Shown in pieces: positions 48,866 to 58,236 of a stretch of 64,000 bases of DNA. A program made the translations under genes and the position numbers. This DNA is from an uncultured Bacteroidales bacterium (lineage in GTDB: Bacteria; Bacteroidota; Bacteroidia; Bacteroidales; B18-G4). The stretch covers positions 124,871 through 188,870 of the forward strand of contig CAZHFC010000001.1 in the NCBI GenBank assembly GCA_964531985.1, written 5' to 3'. The notes below the pieces were generated by a model. The model saw only the letters and a list, made by a program, of their open reading frames with translations, was not told the DNA's origin and did not search any database. How positions within the stretch are numbered: position 1 is the first letter of the stretch; each line of letters opens with the position of its first letter.

Positions 48866-49702
48866 TTACCAGCTTCCGCCTGCTCCGCCGCCTCCGAAGC
48901 TTCCGCCTCCGAATCCGCCAAATCCGCCTCCGCCAAAGCTGCTGCCGCCCGATGAGCCGCTGCTGCCGCTACCCATCATGCTTCCCAGCCAGAAGGCAGT
49001 CCAGGGTGAGACATTTCTTTTGCCGATGGTACGCGAACGGCGTGTAAGCCTGCTGATGAGAATAAAAAAGAGGATGAAGATAAAAAACGGGGCAAAAGCC
49101 CACCAACCACCGCCCCCCGATTTGTTGTACTCGTCGGAAGAATATTCGCCGGCTGCAAGTTGCATCAGCACGGTGGTGGCAGCGTCAAGGCCGTCATAGT
49201 AATTGTTTTCCCTGAAATAAGGGATCATCTCCTGATCGATAATATGCCCGGCAGTAATATCGGGGATGGCGCCTTCCAATCCGTGGCCCACTGCGATCCA
49301 TGCCTGCCCGCGCTGACCTGCGATTTTTGGTTTGATCACCACGATCACCCCGTTATCGAGATCCGCCTGCCCGACACCCCACTGATCGCCGATGCGGTCG
49401 GCAAATTCAGATATGTCATAACCATAAAGCTCATTGGTAGTGACGATCAGTATCTGGTTTGAAGTGGTATCATTGAAATGCACCAACTTGTTTTCGAGAG
49501 CCATGCTCTCCGAATGACTGAGGATACCGGCCATATCCGCCACCAGGCGGGGAGGGTCGGGCGGCCCGGGGATATCCTGTGCCGAACTCATTGATATGTT
49601 TAGTATGACTATAAGAACGCCGAGTGTATTTCTGATGCCCGATTGAAGTGATGATAAATAGTTGCCGGCCATGGTCATATTGTTATTTCGGATATCATAC
49701 AT
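48866..49702 (-). CDS. TPM-domain protein (YgcG-like) with TM helix and Gly-rich tail
   Basis: DMAGILS...LENKL...NQILIVTT...GVIVVIKP...AWIAVGHGLEGAIPD is the TPM pattern. This is followed by a TM helix WWAFAPFFIFILFFILI and a GSSGGSSFGGGGFGGFGGG tail. Confidence 0.85.
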   Translation of the reverse strand: MYDIRNNNMTMAGNYLSSLQSGIRNTLGVLIVILNISMSSAQDIPGPPDPPRLVADMAGILSHSESMALENKLVHFNDTTSNQILIVTTNELYGYDISEFADRIGDQWGVGQADLDNGVIVVIKPKIAGQRGQAWIAVGHGLEGAIPDITAGHIIDQEMIPYFRENNYYDGLDAATTVLMQLAAGEYSSDEYNKSGGGGWWAFAPFFIFILFFILISRLTRRSRTIGKRNVSPWTAFWLGSMMGSGSSGSSGGSSFGGGGFGGFGGGSFGGGGAGGSW

Positions 49703-50148
49703 CAGGAACTGCCAAATGAAATATCGTCGGGGAGTTCGTTGATGTCGTTGGTTTGATATGGAAAGTGTTTTTTCAGGTAAGTGCCTGTTTTTGTGATCCC
49801 TTTGATCAATCCATCGGTAAATTTTTCCTCCCGGAATTCATTCAGCATATCGGATTTCAGGTTTTCCCAGAAATCTTCGGGAACCACGCGGTTTATCCCT
49901 TCATCGCCGATCACGGCAAATTTCCTGTTTTTTACTGCAAGGTAGAACAGTACGCCGTTCCGCTGCCTGGTTTCATTGATCTTCAGTTTGTTGAATACAT
50001 ACATGGCCCGGTCCATCACTTCTCCCGGGCAGCGTTTATCGATATGCACCATAATCTCGCCTGATGTATCGAGCTCGGCGTTCATAATGGCCTGCATGAT
50101 ATCGTCGCGTTGTTCTTTTGTAAAGAATTCCCTGGCTGTTCCCGGCAT
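49702..50148 (-). CDS. TPM-domain protein (DUF477-like)
   Basis: FFTKEQRDDIMQAIMNAELDTSGEIMVHI...NGVLFYLAVKNRKFAVIGDEGI. The stop and the next start share a nucleotide with the downstream TPM gene. Confidence 0.8.
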   Translation of the reverse strand: MPGTAREFFTKEQRDDIMQAIMNAELDTSGEIMVHIDKRCPGEVMDRAMYVFNKLKINETRQRNGVLFYLAVKNRKFAVIGDEGINRVVPEDFWENLKSDMLNEFREEKFTDGLIKGITKTGTYLKKHFPYQTNDINELPDDISFGSS

Positions 50149-50163
50149 GTCGTATTGTTTAGA

Positions 50164-50778
50164 TCAGTTATTCAGGTAATCATCCACATCAGGTGCCTCG
50201 TCACTTCCTTCGCGGGCCTCAAAATATGTCTTGCCCTCGAAGCCAAACCAGGAAGAGATCATACGCGGAAAGAATTTCCTGGTATAGGTATTATAATCCC
50301 GGGTGGCTTCGTTGAATTTACGTCTGGCGTTGCTGATGCGGTTTTCGGTTCCTTCGAGCTGGCGTTGCAGGTCGAGGTAATTCTGATTGGCTTTCAGGTC
50401 GGGGTATTTTTCAACCACCACCAGGAGTTTCGACAATGCGCTTCCAAGCCCTTCCTGTGCCTGCTGGAATTCCCTGATGCTGGCAGCATCGAGATTGGCC
50501 GGGTCAATGGTTACCGATGTGGCCTTCGACCGGGCTTCCACCACCTCTGTGAGGGTTTCCTGCTCGTATTCGGCATACGAACGAACTGTTTTTACCAGGT
50601 TCGGGATAAGGTCGGCCCGCCTTTGATAGTCGTTTTCAACCTGCGACCATTTTTCGGTCACGGCTTCATCAAGCCTGACCAGCTTGTTGTAAACCGAAAT
50701 GCCCGAAAGCAATACAATAATTGCAATGAGCAGGATCAGGGCAATGGCAATGCCCCCGATAATCATTTTTGGTTTCAT
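50164..50778 (-). CDS. lemA: LemA family protein
   Basis: N-terminal TM helix, then YNKLVRLDEAV..WSQVENDYQRRADLIPNLV...EKYPDLKANQNYLDLQRQLEGTENRIS..R..FN..Y. Confidence 0.9.
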   Translation of the reverse strand: MKPKMIIGGIAIALILLIAIIVLLSGISVYNKLVRLDEAVTEKWSQVENDYQRRADLIPNLVKTVRSYAEYEQETLTEVVEARSKATSVTIDPANLDAASIREFQQAQEGLGSALSKLLVVVEKYPDLKANQNYLDLQRQLEGTENRISNARRKFNEATRDYNTYTRKFFPRMISSWFGFEGKTYFEAREGSDEAPDVDDYLNN

Positions 50779-50813
50779 GTTGTTTTATATCCGTTTCAAA
50801 TGGGTTTGCTTTA

Positions 50814-52721
50814 TCATTCAATCATGTCGAGGCTTCTCCTTACAAAATCGGTAAGCGCTTTGCCTTTAAGCAGGTTTTGCGACAGCAGGGCCAGGTCGTA
50901 GGCCTGTTTAACGAGATTGTCCTGTTTTTCTTCTTCCTTTTCATCAAGGATCCTGCTTACCAGCGGATGGTTTACGTTTACCACGAGGTTGTAATGTTCG
51001 GGCAGTCGGTCCATGCCCATCATACCACCACCACCCAATGCCGACATGTCTTTCATCCTTCGCATGAATTCGGGCCTTGTAATGATGAAAGGTACGTCAT
51101 TTTCGCCCAGGTTTTCGAAAACCACATGGAATTCTTCTTTTTTGATGTTTCTTTCGACCACCGGCTTGAGGCTTTCCTTCTGTTTTTCGTCAAGTTTTGA
51201 AGGAGTTTCTTCGTCTTTGCTGATCAGCTTGCCTACCGTGTCGGAATCTACACGGGTAAACCGGACCTTATTATCTTTTTGCTCCATGCTGTTGATGAAA
51301 TGGCTGTCGAGTATACCGTCAAATACAAGCACATCGTAGCCTTTTTCAGCGGCTGCCCCGATATAGCTGTGCTGTTCATCCGTATCGCCCGCGTAAAGGA
51401 TTACCAGGTTGCCGTCTTTGTCGGTCTGCAGGTCTTTGATCTGTTTTTGATATTCTTCAGGAGTGAAGTATTTACCTTCGGTGTTCTTGTATAGCATGAA
51501 TTTCCTTGCTTTGTCGAAGAATTTATCTTCGGATATCATCCCGTACTGGATAAAAATCCTGATATCGTCCCATTTCTTTTCAAATCCTTCGCGGTCTTTT
51601 TTGAAGAGCTCTTCCAGTTTGTCGGATACTTTTCTCATGATATAACCGGATATCTTCTTCACGCTGGCGTCGCTCTGCAGGTAGGAACGAGATACGTTCA
51701 ACGGGATATCGGGCGAGTCGATCACACCGTGCAGCAGGGTGAGGAAGTCGGGTACGATGCCTTCCACCGAATCGGTAACAAAAACCTGGTTGCAATAGAG
51801 CTGTATCTTGTCTTTCTGGATCTCAACATTCCGCTTAACTTTCGGAAAATACAGTATCCCGGTGAGGTTAAAGGGATAGTCAACGTTCAGGTGGATCTGG
51901 AACAGGGGTTCCTCCAGGGTCATCGGGTAGAGTTCGCGGTAGAACTGTTTATAGTCATCGTCGGTGCAATCGGCAGGCTTCTTTTTCCATAAGGGATCCG
52001 TATTATTGATGATCCTGGGCTTTTCAACCTGGATGGTTTTGGGATTGCCGTCCTTGTCTTTTTCTCCTTCTATCGTTTCGCTTACCTTTTCTGTCCCGAA
52101 TTGTATGGGTACAGGAAGGAACCTGCTGTATTTTTTGAGCAGTGAGCGGATCCTGTGCTCATCAAGGAATTCCTTTGATTCCTTATCGATATGGATGATC
52201 ACGTCGGTGCCGCGATCGGTCTTGTCGGTTTCGGTCAGGGTATATTCAGGGCTTCCGTCGCACTCCCATTGCATGGCCTTTGTCTGCCCGCCCTTTTTAT
52301 AGGTTTTTGTACGCAGTACCACTTTATCTGCCACCATGAAGGCCGAGTAAAAGCCAAGGCCAAAGTGTCCGATAATGGAATTCCTTTCGGCTTCGCTCTT
52401 GGTCTTGAATTTTTTAACGAATTCTTCGGCACTGGAAAAAGCGATCTGGTTGATGTATTTTTCAATTTCTTCGGCATTCATCCCGATCCCTTTGTCCCTG
52501 ACGGTTAGTGTACCCGCTTTTTTGTCTACTTCCACCACGATGGTGAGGTCACCCAGTTCCCCGCTGAACTTGCCTGTCGATGCAAGGGTCTTCAGCTTCT
52601 GGGTTGCGTCAGTGGCATTGGATATTAATTCCCTCAGGAATATCTCATGGTCGGAGTAAAGAAATTTCTTGATGATCGGGAAAATGTTTTCGGTCTGTAC
52701 GTTGATTTTTCCTTTTTGCAT
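50814..52721 (-). CDS. htpG: molecular chaperone HtpG (Hsp90)
   Basis: Homology begins at MQKGKINVQTENIFPIIKKFLYSDHEIFLRELISNATDA (ATG 52721), followed by GHFGLGFYSAFMVADKV. The ORF track extends 83 codons further upstream without recognisable similarity. Confidence 0.95.
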   Translation of the reverse strand: MQKGKINVQTENIFPIIKKFLYSDHEIFLRELISNATDATQKLKTLASTGKFSGELGDLTIVVEVDKKAGTLTVRDKGIGMNAEEIEKYINQIAFSSAEEFVKKFKTKSEAERNSIIGHFGLGFYSAFMVADKVVLRTKTYKKGGQTKAMQWECDGSPEYTLTETDKTDRGTDVIIHIDKESKEFLDEHRIRSLLKKYSRFLPVPIQFGTEKVSETIEGEKDKDGNPKTIQVEKPRIINNTDPLWKKKPADCTDDDYKQFYRELYPMTLEEPLFQIHLNVDYPFNLTGILYFPKVKRNVEIQKDKIQLYCNQVFVTDSVEGIVPDFLTLLHGVIDSPDIPLNVSRSYLQSDASVKKISGYIMRKVSDKLEELFKKDREGFEKKWDDIRIFIQYGMISEDKFFDKARKFMLYKNTEGKYFTPEEYQKQIKDLQTDKDGNLVILYAGDTDEQHSYIGAAAEKGYDVLVFDGILDSHFINSMEQKDNKVRFTRVDSDTVGKLISKDEETPSKLDEKQKESLKPVVERNIKKEEFHVVFENLGENDVPFIITRPEFMRRMKDMSALGGGGMMGMDRLPEHYNLVVNVNHPLVSRILDEKEEEKQDNLVKQAYDLALLSQNLLKGKALTDFVRRSLDMIE

Positions 52722-52830
52722 ATCCGTCGATTTTTTTTTGATCTTACAGCCGGCAGGATCAAAGCATGTGCCAATACTTTTATGCTGACATTTTGGCTGC
52801 ATTCGTATCTTTATGCAAAAATTGTCGGTT

Positions 52831-53505
52831 ATGGGAACCCTGATCAATGTCGGTGCCGTGATCCTGGGCAGTCTGATCGGTCTGATGATCAACCGGAAGT
52901 TGCCCGCGGCCATCGTGCGCATTATCTTCCAGGCCATCGGCTTGTTTACCCTGGTATTGGGGATGAGCATGGCGCTGCGAACGGAACATTACCTGATCGT
53001 GATTGTCAGCCTGGTACTGGGTGCAGTATGCGGAGAATGGATCGATCTTGACCGGCGGCTGACCCGTTGGAGCGAAAGGTTAAAGAGCAGGCTGAAGCTG
53101 GGAAATGAAAAGTTTTCGGAGGGGCTGCTGACAGCTTTTCTGCTTTATTGTATGGGAGCCATGACCATTATGGGCGCCATCGAGGAGGGTGTTGAGGGCA
53201 CATATGAGATTTTGCTCCTAAAATCACTGATGGACGGGGTGTCTTCCATTGCCCTTGCTTCAGGCCTTGGGATCGGCGTGATGTTTTCATCCATCCCGCT
53301 GTTGATATACCAGGGCGGGTTAACCCTCATTTCTTCCGTCATCGGCGAACGCTTTACGGATGTGATCGTAAACGACCTGAGCGCCACCGGTGGCATCCTT
53401 CTCATAGGCCTTGGTATCAATATCCTTGAGATCAAGAAACTGAGGATACTCAACATGATCCCCGCCCTGGTAATTGTTGTGCTGTTGTCGTACTTTTTTT
53501 ACTGA
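52831..53505 (+). CDS. DUF554-family membrane protein
   Basis: MGTLINVGAVILGSLIGL..., polytopic, with a GAIEEG / LLKSLMDG central region typical of DUF554. An alternative start lies at 52813. Confidence 0.75.
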   Translation: MGTLINVGAVILGSLIGLMINRKLPAAIVRIIFQAIGLFTLVLGMSMALRTEHYLIVIVSLVLGAVCGEWIDLDRRLTRWSERLKSRLKLGNEKFSEGLLTAFLLYCMGAMTIMGAIEEGVEGTYEILLLKSLMDGVSSIALASGLGIGVMFSSIPLLIYQGGLTLISSVIGERFTDVIVNDLSATGGILLIGLGINILEIKKLRILNMIPALVIVVLLSYFFY

Positions 53506-53509
53506 AGCA

Positions 53510-55606
53510 TCATAAGGTTTTGACGAATTTTCCGCTGCGGATGCCTGAACCTGTAATGACCTTAACAAGGTACATGCCTGGCCCGAGCCGGCTGATATCG
53601 ACCGCATTGATCTGTCCGGGCTTAAGTATCCGTTTTAGTAAGCGTGTTGAAAACATATTGTAGATCTCGATTGTGGCATCAGTTCCGTCGATGATTCCGG
53701 CATCAACATTCAGGATGTTTGTTGCCGGGTTGGGGAACAGGCGCAGATCACCGCCGGAGGCGATTTTTGTATTGATGATCATTTGTGAAGTTGCCATGTC
53801 GTCCGTGGAGATCCCGACATCCTTCATGAAACCCTGCGCCGATGCATCGTCGGCTGCTCCATCACATTCGAAGTACATATCCGGCGATACCTTGATTGAT
53901 GCTTCGGCCCCGTGCATCGTCCTGAACCCTTCGCGGAGCATGATCTGGCCGGAGGCTTCCATGATGAGGTTCCCTCCGGGCATGACCACCACATCGCCCT
54001 GGGGGATGAGGCTGCTGATGTAATTCCCGCTGACGATTTTTTGGCCGGTCAGCTCCCATGTGCCCATCACGTATTTATTCTGAAAATATACGTTTGTCAG
54101 GATCACTTCATTGACGATCTCTTCGAGGATGTCGGCCGGCAGTACATCATGATAGGTCGTTTGGTCCGGCACGATGCAATGGTCGAAGAGCGACTGCCCG
54201 TTCCTGATGTCGAGTGCGCTGTAATATGGGATATAGGCAGGGTCGTTCAGGCGTTCAAACTCTATGGTTGGATAATAGAGCGGGGTAATGCCCGGTATCA
54301 GCAGTTGCAGCCACCAGTAGCTTGCCTGTTTGATGATGGGCGACATGCTGGTGAGGTCTTTGGGCAGCCATGATCCGGCCTGCATTTCGGCGGCGGTAAG
54401 GTCGAATGTTTTTACCGTCCCGCTCAGGGGCCCGGTATGGTACCTGATCTTGTACCAGCCCCCTGAATTCGGGTTAGGATCCGTATTCGAAAATGACACG
54501 CCGATATTCCGTGTCAGATGAGGATAGCCGTCACCGTTCATGGTATTCATTTCATTGAAAAAGGCGTCATGGATCCCTCCGCCGGGGTCGTAGGCATTAT
54601 ACACAAGCAGTTGTCTTGCCGCCGTATTGCTGAGGGCGTGTTTGGCAAATTCATCATCCTCCTCGTTTTCTTTTTTGAAATTCTGGAGGGGTTCCGACAC
54701 CACTGCGCCCTGATGGGGCGAGTCGATGGCAATGAAGGTATGCACGGGTAGCGGGTTGTTATCCTGTTCGGCTTTGGCGAGGGCATAGCGCGAGATGATA
54801 CCACCCATGCTCACACCGCCGGCAACAACAAGTTCGTCTCCGTAGAGGTAGGAAACGTACTGAATGGCGGAAGCGAATACCGCGGCATTGTTCCGGATGT
54901 CCTGTGTACCGAAGAAGTTGTCGAGCAGGAATACATCATAGCCATGTGCGTTGAAGCATTCGATGAGGTCGGCAGCCGCATGGTAATACATTTCCTGCGG
55001 GTTGGTGTTATAGGCGTCGAAGCCTTCGGAGAAAACGATGGCGTTGAGCGATCCGGGTTTGTTCCCCGCCCATTTTCTCAAGGTGTTGCCCGCATTGTCT
55101 TTGTAAAGGCTGTGCGAGGCAGGGATCACCTTCACCTTGTATTGCCGGAAGCGGATGGTGCCGTCAGAAAAAACCACCCTGACCATGAGGTCATAATCTC
55201 CTGTCTGAGGGAAGCTGAGGGCCGACTCGAACCACACGACGTCCTGTTTTGCGGATCCGCTGTAGATCACGAAATAGCCGTTGTTGTTAATGTTAACTTC
55301 AACATGAACCATGTAAAGCAGGGCATTGGTCGGGCTGAAGCGGCTGGTGAAATTGATGAAGTTATTACCCTTTTGTATGTAAACGGGTATCACATCGGCA
55401 TTCAGCACGCAGAGATGTACGCCCTGCGAGTTGTTGCCCAGGGCCTGCCACTGGTAAAAGCCGGGGTCGGCGGGGCTTGACCCGGTCAGAACGTAGGCCG
55501 TCGACTGGGCTTTCCAGTCGTTGCAGATCTGGGCTCGTAGCTTTGGATGAAGATTGGCGCTGAGCAGTATTGGTATGATGAGCAGTTTTAGATATATAGT
55601 TTTCAT
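53510..55606 (-). CDS. secreted alpha/beta-hydrolase (lipase/esterase-like) with T9SS type A C-terminal sorting domain
   Basis: Signal peptide MKTIYLKLLIIPILLSANL. Nucleophile elbow GGVSMGG in a hydrolase-like region. C-terminus LRLFPNPATNILNV...IEIYNMFSTRLL...ISRLGPGMYLVKV...KFVKTL matches the type A CTD pattern. Confidence 0.7.
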   Translation of the reverse strand: MKTIYLKLLIIPILLSANLHPKLRAQICNDWKAQSTAYVLTGSSPADPGFYQWQALGNNSQGVHLCVLNADVIPVYIQKGNNFINFTSRFSPTNALLYMVHVEVNINNNGYFVIYSGSAKQDVVWFESALSFPQTGDYDLMVRVVFSDGTIRFRQYKVKVIPASHSLYKDNAGNTLRKWAGNKPGSLNAIVFSEGFDAYNTNPQEMYYHAAADLIECFNAHGYDVFLLDNFFGTQDIRNNAAVFASAIQYVSYLYGDELVVAGGVSMGGIISRYALAKAEQDNNPLPVHTFIAIDSPHQGAVVSEPLQNFKKENEEDDEFAKHALSNTAARQLLVYNAYDPGGGIHDAFFNEMNTMNGDGYPHLTRNIGVSFSNTDPNPNSGGWYKIRYHTGPLSGTVKTFDLTAAEMQAGSWLPKDLTSMSPIIKQASYWWLQLLIPGITPLYYPTIEFERLNDPAYIPYYSALDIRNGQSLFDHCIVPDQTTYHDVLPADILEEIVNEVILTNVYFQNKYVMGTWELTGQKIVSGNYISSLIPQGDVVVMPGGNLIMEASGQIMLREGFRTMHGAEASIKVSPDMYFECDGAADDASAQGFMKDVGISTDDMATSQMIINTKIASGGDLRLFPNPATNILNVDAGIIDGTDATIEIYNMFSTRLLKRILKPGQINAVDISRLGPGMYLVKVITGSGIRSGKFVKTL

Positions 55607-55614
55607 GAGTATTT

Positions 55615-56277
55615 TTAGAGTTTTAGTCCGATTTTCAATTCTATGGTAACACTTGGAAACCATTGGTTCCCCTTTTCGTAATCCTTATTGTACGGGAATT
55701 CATGCTGGCCGGTCCCGGCTTCCTTTTTGTTTGCGTTATGGCTGCTGATGTATCGTGTTCCGATACCCAGTACAGGGTTGAACATCAGCGGCCCGGCAAT
55801 ACGAAGCTGGTAACCGGCCATGGCATGAAAAGCCAGAAGGTTGCGGTAAACAAAATAAATGTTTGGCAGGCCGTTATTGTATGTTTCGTTAATATCCGAT
55901 TCGGTATATTGGTAAAGGATCTGTGGTCCTATATGGAAACCCGTAAATCCGGGTTTTTCCGAAAATAAATAATAGCGATACCCGGCCGATAGTGAAAAAC
56001 CCTTTGTGTTTTCCGTGTTTATCGTTGTATAAGGCTTACCGCAGGATGCGCATGGAAATATGAACATGACATCGGTTTCGATGCTGTTGTTGTTTCCGGC
56101 GGCGAATTCGATTCCCAGCCTGACACCTGCGCTTTTGCTCACCTGATCGCCAAGCAGGCTTATAACATCATATTTCAGCATAAATCCCGGCTTGCCCAAA
56201 GGTGATTCCTGGCTTGCTGCCGTTGCGACAATAAACAGGCACAGAAGTCCTGCGATCATTTTTTTCAGCTCTTTCAT
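55615..56277 (-). CDS. small outer-membrane beta-barrel protein, unknown function
   Basis: Signal peptide MKELKKMIAGLLCLFIVATAASQ. Alternating hydrophobic strands and terminal ...VTIELKIGLKL. It ends 8 nt before the downstream lipase-like gene. Confidence 0.55.
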   Translation of the reverse strand: MKELKKMIAGLLCLFIVATAASQESPLGKPGFMLKYDVISLLGDQVSKSAGVRLGIEFAAGNNNSIETDVMFIFPCASCGKPYTTINTENTKGFSLSAGYRYYLFSEKPGFTGFHIGPQILYQYTESDINETYNNGLPNIYFVYRNLLAFHAMAGYQLRIAGPLMFNPVLGIGTRYISSHNANKKEAGTGQHEFPYNKDYEKGNQWFPSVTIELKIGLKL

Positions 56278-56351
56278 AACAAAGGGTTTTTGATTATTGG
56301 TTTATAATTTCGGAAAGTTCTTTCGAAATAAAATTAAATAAACTTTCTGAT

Positions 56352-57971
56352 TTACCTGGCGGTGAACAGTTCTTCCATTTGTTTGATCCTGGCCTCCTGT
56401 TCAATAATATAAAGCGTCAGCTCCTCAATTTTCCGGAGCAGGTTTATCTGCATTTCCCCTGTTTTTAAGCCATTCATCATCACCTCCTTTGCAGGGGGGA
56501 TACCCGGGAGGTGTCCGTTTTCCTTAATGTATTCTTCGAGATATGGCAGCGAAGGCAGCTCATAATCCTTGTCGAAAACGTAGTCGGGCCAGTTATCGCT
56601 GATCTTTACGGTGACTTCTTCGGTCAGGATAGCACCGTCCACGGCCAGTTTATAGCTGTAAGTCTCCCCGGTCCCGATTCCCACATTGCCGTTGGGTTTT
56701 ATGGCGATGAGGGCCGCATGTCCCTGGTTCAGGCTTGCAAGGTTGCCGATCAGCAGGTCGTTCTGATTTTTCTGGTCCCCGTTCATTCCGATAAACCACT
56801 TGTTTGTTTCGCTGTTGGCCACGCAGAGGCCGACGGTGCCACCCTGGTTCAGGTTCCTGAATAGTTCGAGTGTGCTGGCAGGGTTCCGTGTGCCGATGCC
56901 CAGTTTGGTTTCCGTACCGAAAAGGACAGGCCCTGAATTTCCCAGTTTAACTGCGCCCGCCTGCGGGTCGCTGGTGCTGAATATTCCGAGGGTATGCCCC
57001 ACATCAATGTCGGTGAGGTAGGCATCGTTCCCTACTTTCAGGTTCATGCCACCGGGCGGAAAAATGTCTGCCAGGTCGAGCTGGGCCGTGGGATTGGCAG
57101 TACCGATCCCCACATTGCCTTCCAGGCGGAATACATGTTCGTTTCTGACCGTCCAGTCGTGGTCATCCAGTTCGGCCGGGTCGCTCCATCTGGCGCGTCC
57201 TTCCGCATCGGAGCGGAGCACCCATCCATCGATATTGCCCTGGGCATGTTCCCGATCATAGATGGTCAGCTCCTGCGTAAAAATACTGCCGCGCACATCC
57301 AGGTTAAAAGCCGGCGAATAGGTGCCGATGCCCACATTCCCTTCATGGAAGACATAGTTTTTTTCGGTACGGAATAAAAGGCCGTGGTCGTCGGTACTCC
57401 TGATGCCGTGCCCTGTATTCCCCAGCAGGATGTCGGCACTCCTGAAGTCAACCTGCTCGATAAACAGCTTCGGGAACTCCCCCTGATCGGCCCTGATATG
57501 GAGCTTGGCCTGGGGCTCGGGAACGTTTCCGATCCCGATGTTGCCGGTACGGTTCCTGGTATTGGCCGGGCTGACAAAAAGGGTGGGGTAGATGCTGTTA
57601 AAACCGATCATCAGGCTGTTTTCATATGCATTAACCAGGCGGTCCTGTATTTCCTGACCATAGCCGTGGCCGATAATCATCGATCGCTCCGCACTGCTGT
57701 AGGCATTGCTGCCGATGGTAAACGAATGGTGGCCGGATGCCTCGCTACGGCTGCCAAGGCTGCCGGAATTGTCGCCGCTGGCAATGGTATGCGAGCCGCT
57801 TGCAAAGGCTGCAAAGCCGTTGGCTACAGTCCTCAGGCCAATGGCACTGGAAACCTTTTCGGAACTTGAAATTGAATGCTGGCAATTGGTGCATTGTGCA
57901 TTCAGCCTGTATGGCTGGATTACGCAGAACATACCTGCCAGCAACAGTAAGCTTGTGTGTCTTTTTTTCAT
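56352..57971 (-). CDS. secreted tail-fibre-like repeat protein
   Basis: Signal peptide. Hep/Hag-like N-terminal repeats (SSAIG, AFASG, IASG, SLGS, TIGS). Five copies of a GN(V/I)GIGT-x-P...L-V motif. C-terminal module WPDYVFDKDYELPSLPYLEEYIKENGHLPGIPP...LLRKIEELTLYIIEQ. Confidence 0.6.
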   Translation of the reverse strand: MKKRHTSLLLLAGMFCVIQPYRLNAQCTNCQHSISSSEKVSSAIGLRTVANGFAAFASGSHTIASGDNSGSLGSRSEASGHHSFTIGSNAYSSAERSMIIGHGYGQEIQDRLVNAYENSLMIGFNSIYPTLFVSPANTRNRTGNIGIGNVPEPQAKLHIRADQGEFPKLFIEQVDFRSADILLGNTGHGIRSTDDHGLLFRTEKNYVFHEGNVGIGTYSPAFNLDVRGSIFTQELTIYDREHAQGNIDGWVLRSDAEGRARWSDPAELDDHDWTVRNEHVFRLEGNVGIGTANPTAQLDLADIFPPGGMNLKVGNDAYLTDIDVGHTLGIFSTSDPQAGAVKLGNSGPVLFGTETKLGIGTRNPASTLELFRNLNQGGTVGLCVANSETNKWFIGMNGDQKNQNDLLIGNLASLNQGHAALIAIKPNGNVGIGTGETYSYKLAVDGAILTEEVTVKISDNWPDYVFDKDYELPSLPYLEEYIKENGHLPGIPPAKEVMMNGLKTGEMQINLLRKIEELTLYIIEQEARIKQMEELFTAR

Positions 57972-58236
57972 TTCTTCTTCTTTTTAGTTAGGTTAGCATT
58001 GAATGAGTTTGCCGTGTTTCATCACGGATGTTAAGAGTACTCCCATACCTGTTAATACCCGAAAAGTGAAAATGTCCGCTTTTTTTTTTAATTTTTTTTC
58101 AATCCCGGACCAAAAAGCCCGGCAGAAGCGGTAAGGGCTTACTTTTTGTTGATTTTCCGGTGAGATTTCAGTGAGTCATAAATATATTTTTTAACTTAGC
58201 CCCTGTTGTTTTTATCAACCTTTTAAACCTATTCTT

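Noticed and set aside
48786-49199. A Pro-rich ORF (PPAPPPPKLPPPNPPNPPPPKLLPP) on the plus strand.
   Set aside because: It is the reverse-complement reading of the Gly-rich tail (GGN codons) of the TPM/YgcG-like protein on the minus strand, which has a complete TPM domain and TM helix.
52722-52970. An 83-codon N-terminal extension of the htpG ORF in the six-frame track.
   Set aside because: Hsp90 homology starts at the internal MQKGKINVQTENIFPIIKKFLYSD (ATG 52721). The extension has no similarity to HtpG and would overlap the start of the divergent DUF554 gene.
58070-58115. Long T tracts (T10 and T8) upstream of ilvE, considered as an attenuator or a slippage site.
   Set aside because: No upstream leader peptide or paired hairpin is evident. 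The sequence looks like ordinary AT-rich Bacteroidota promoter-region composition.
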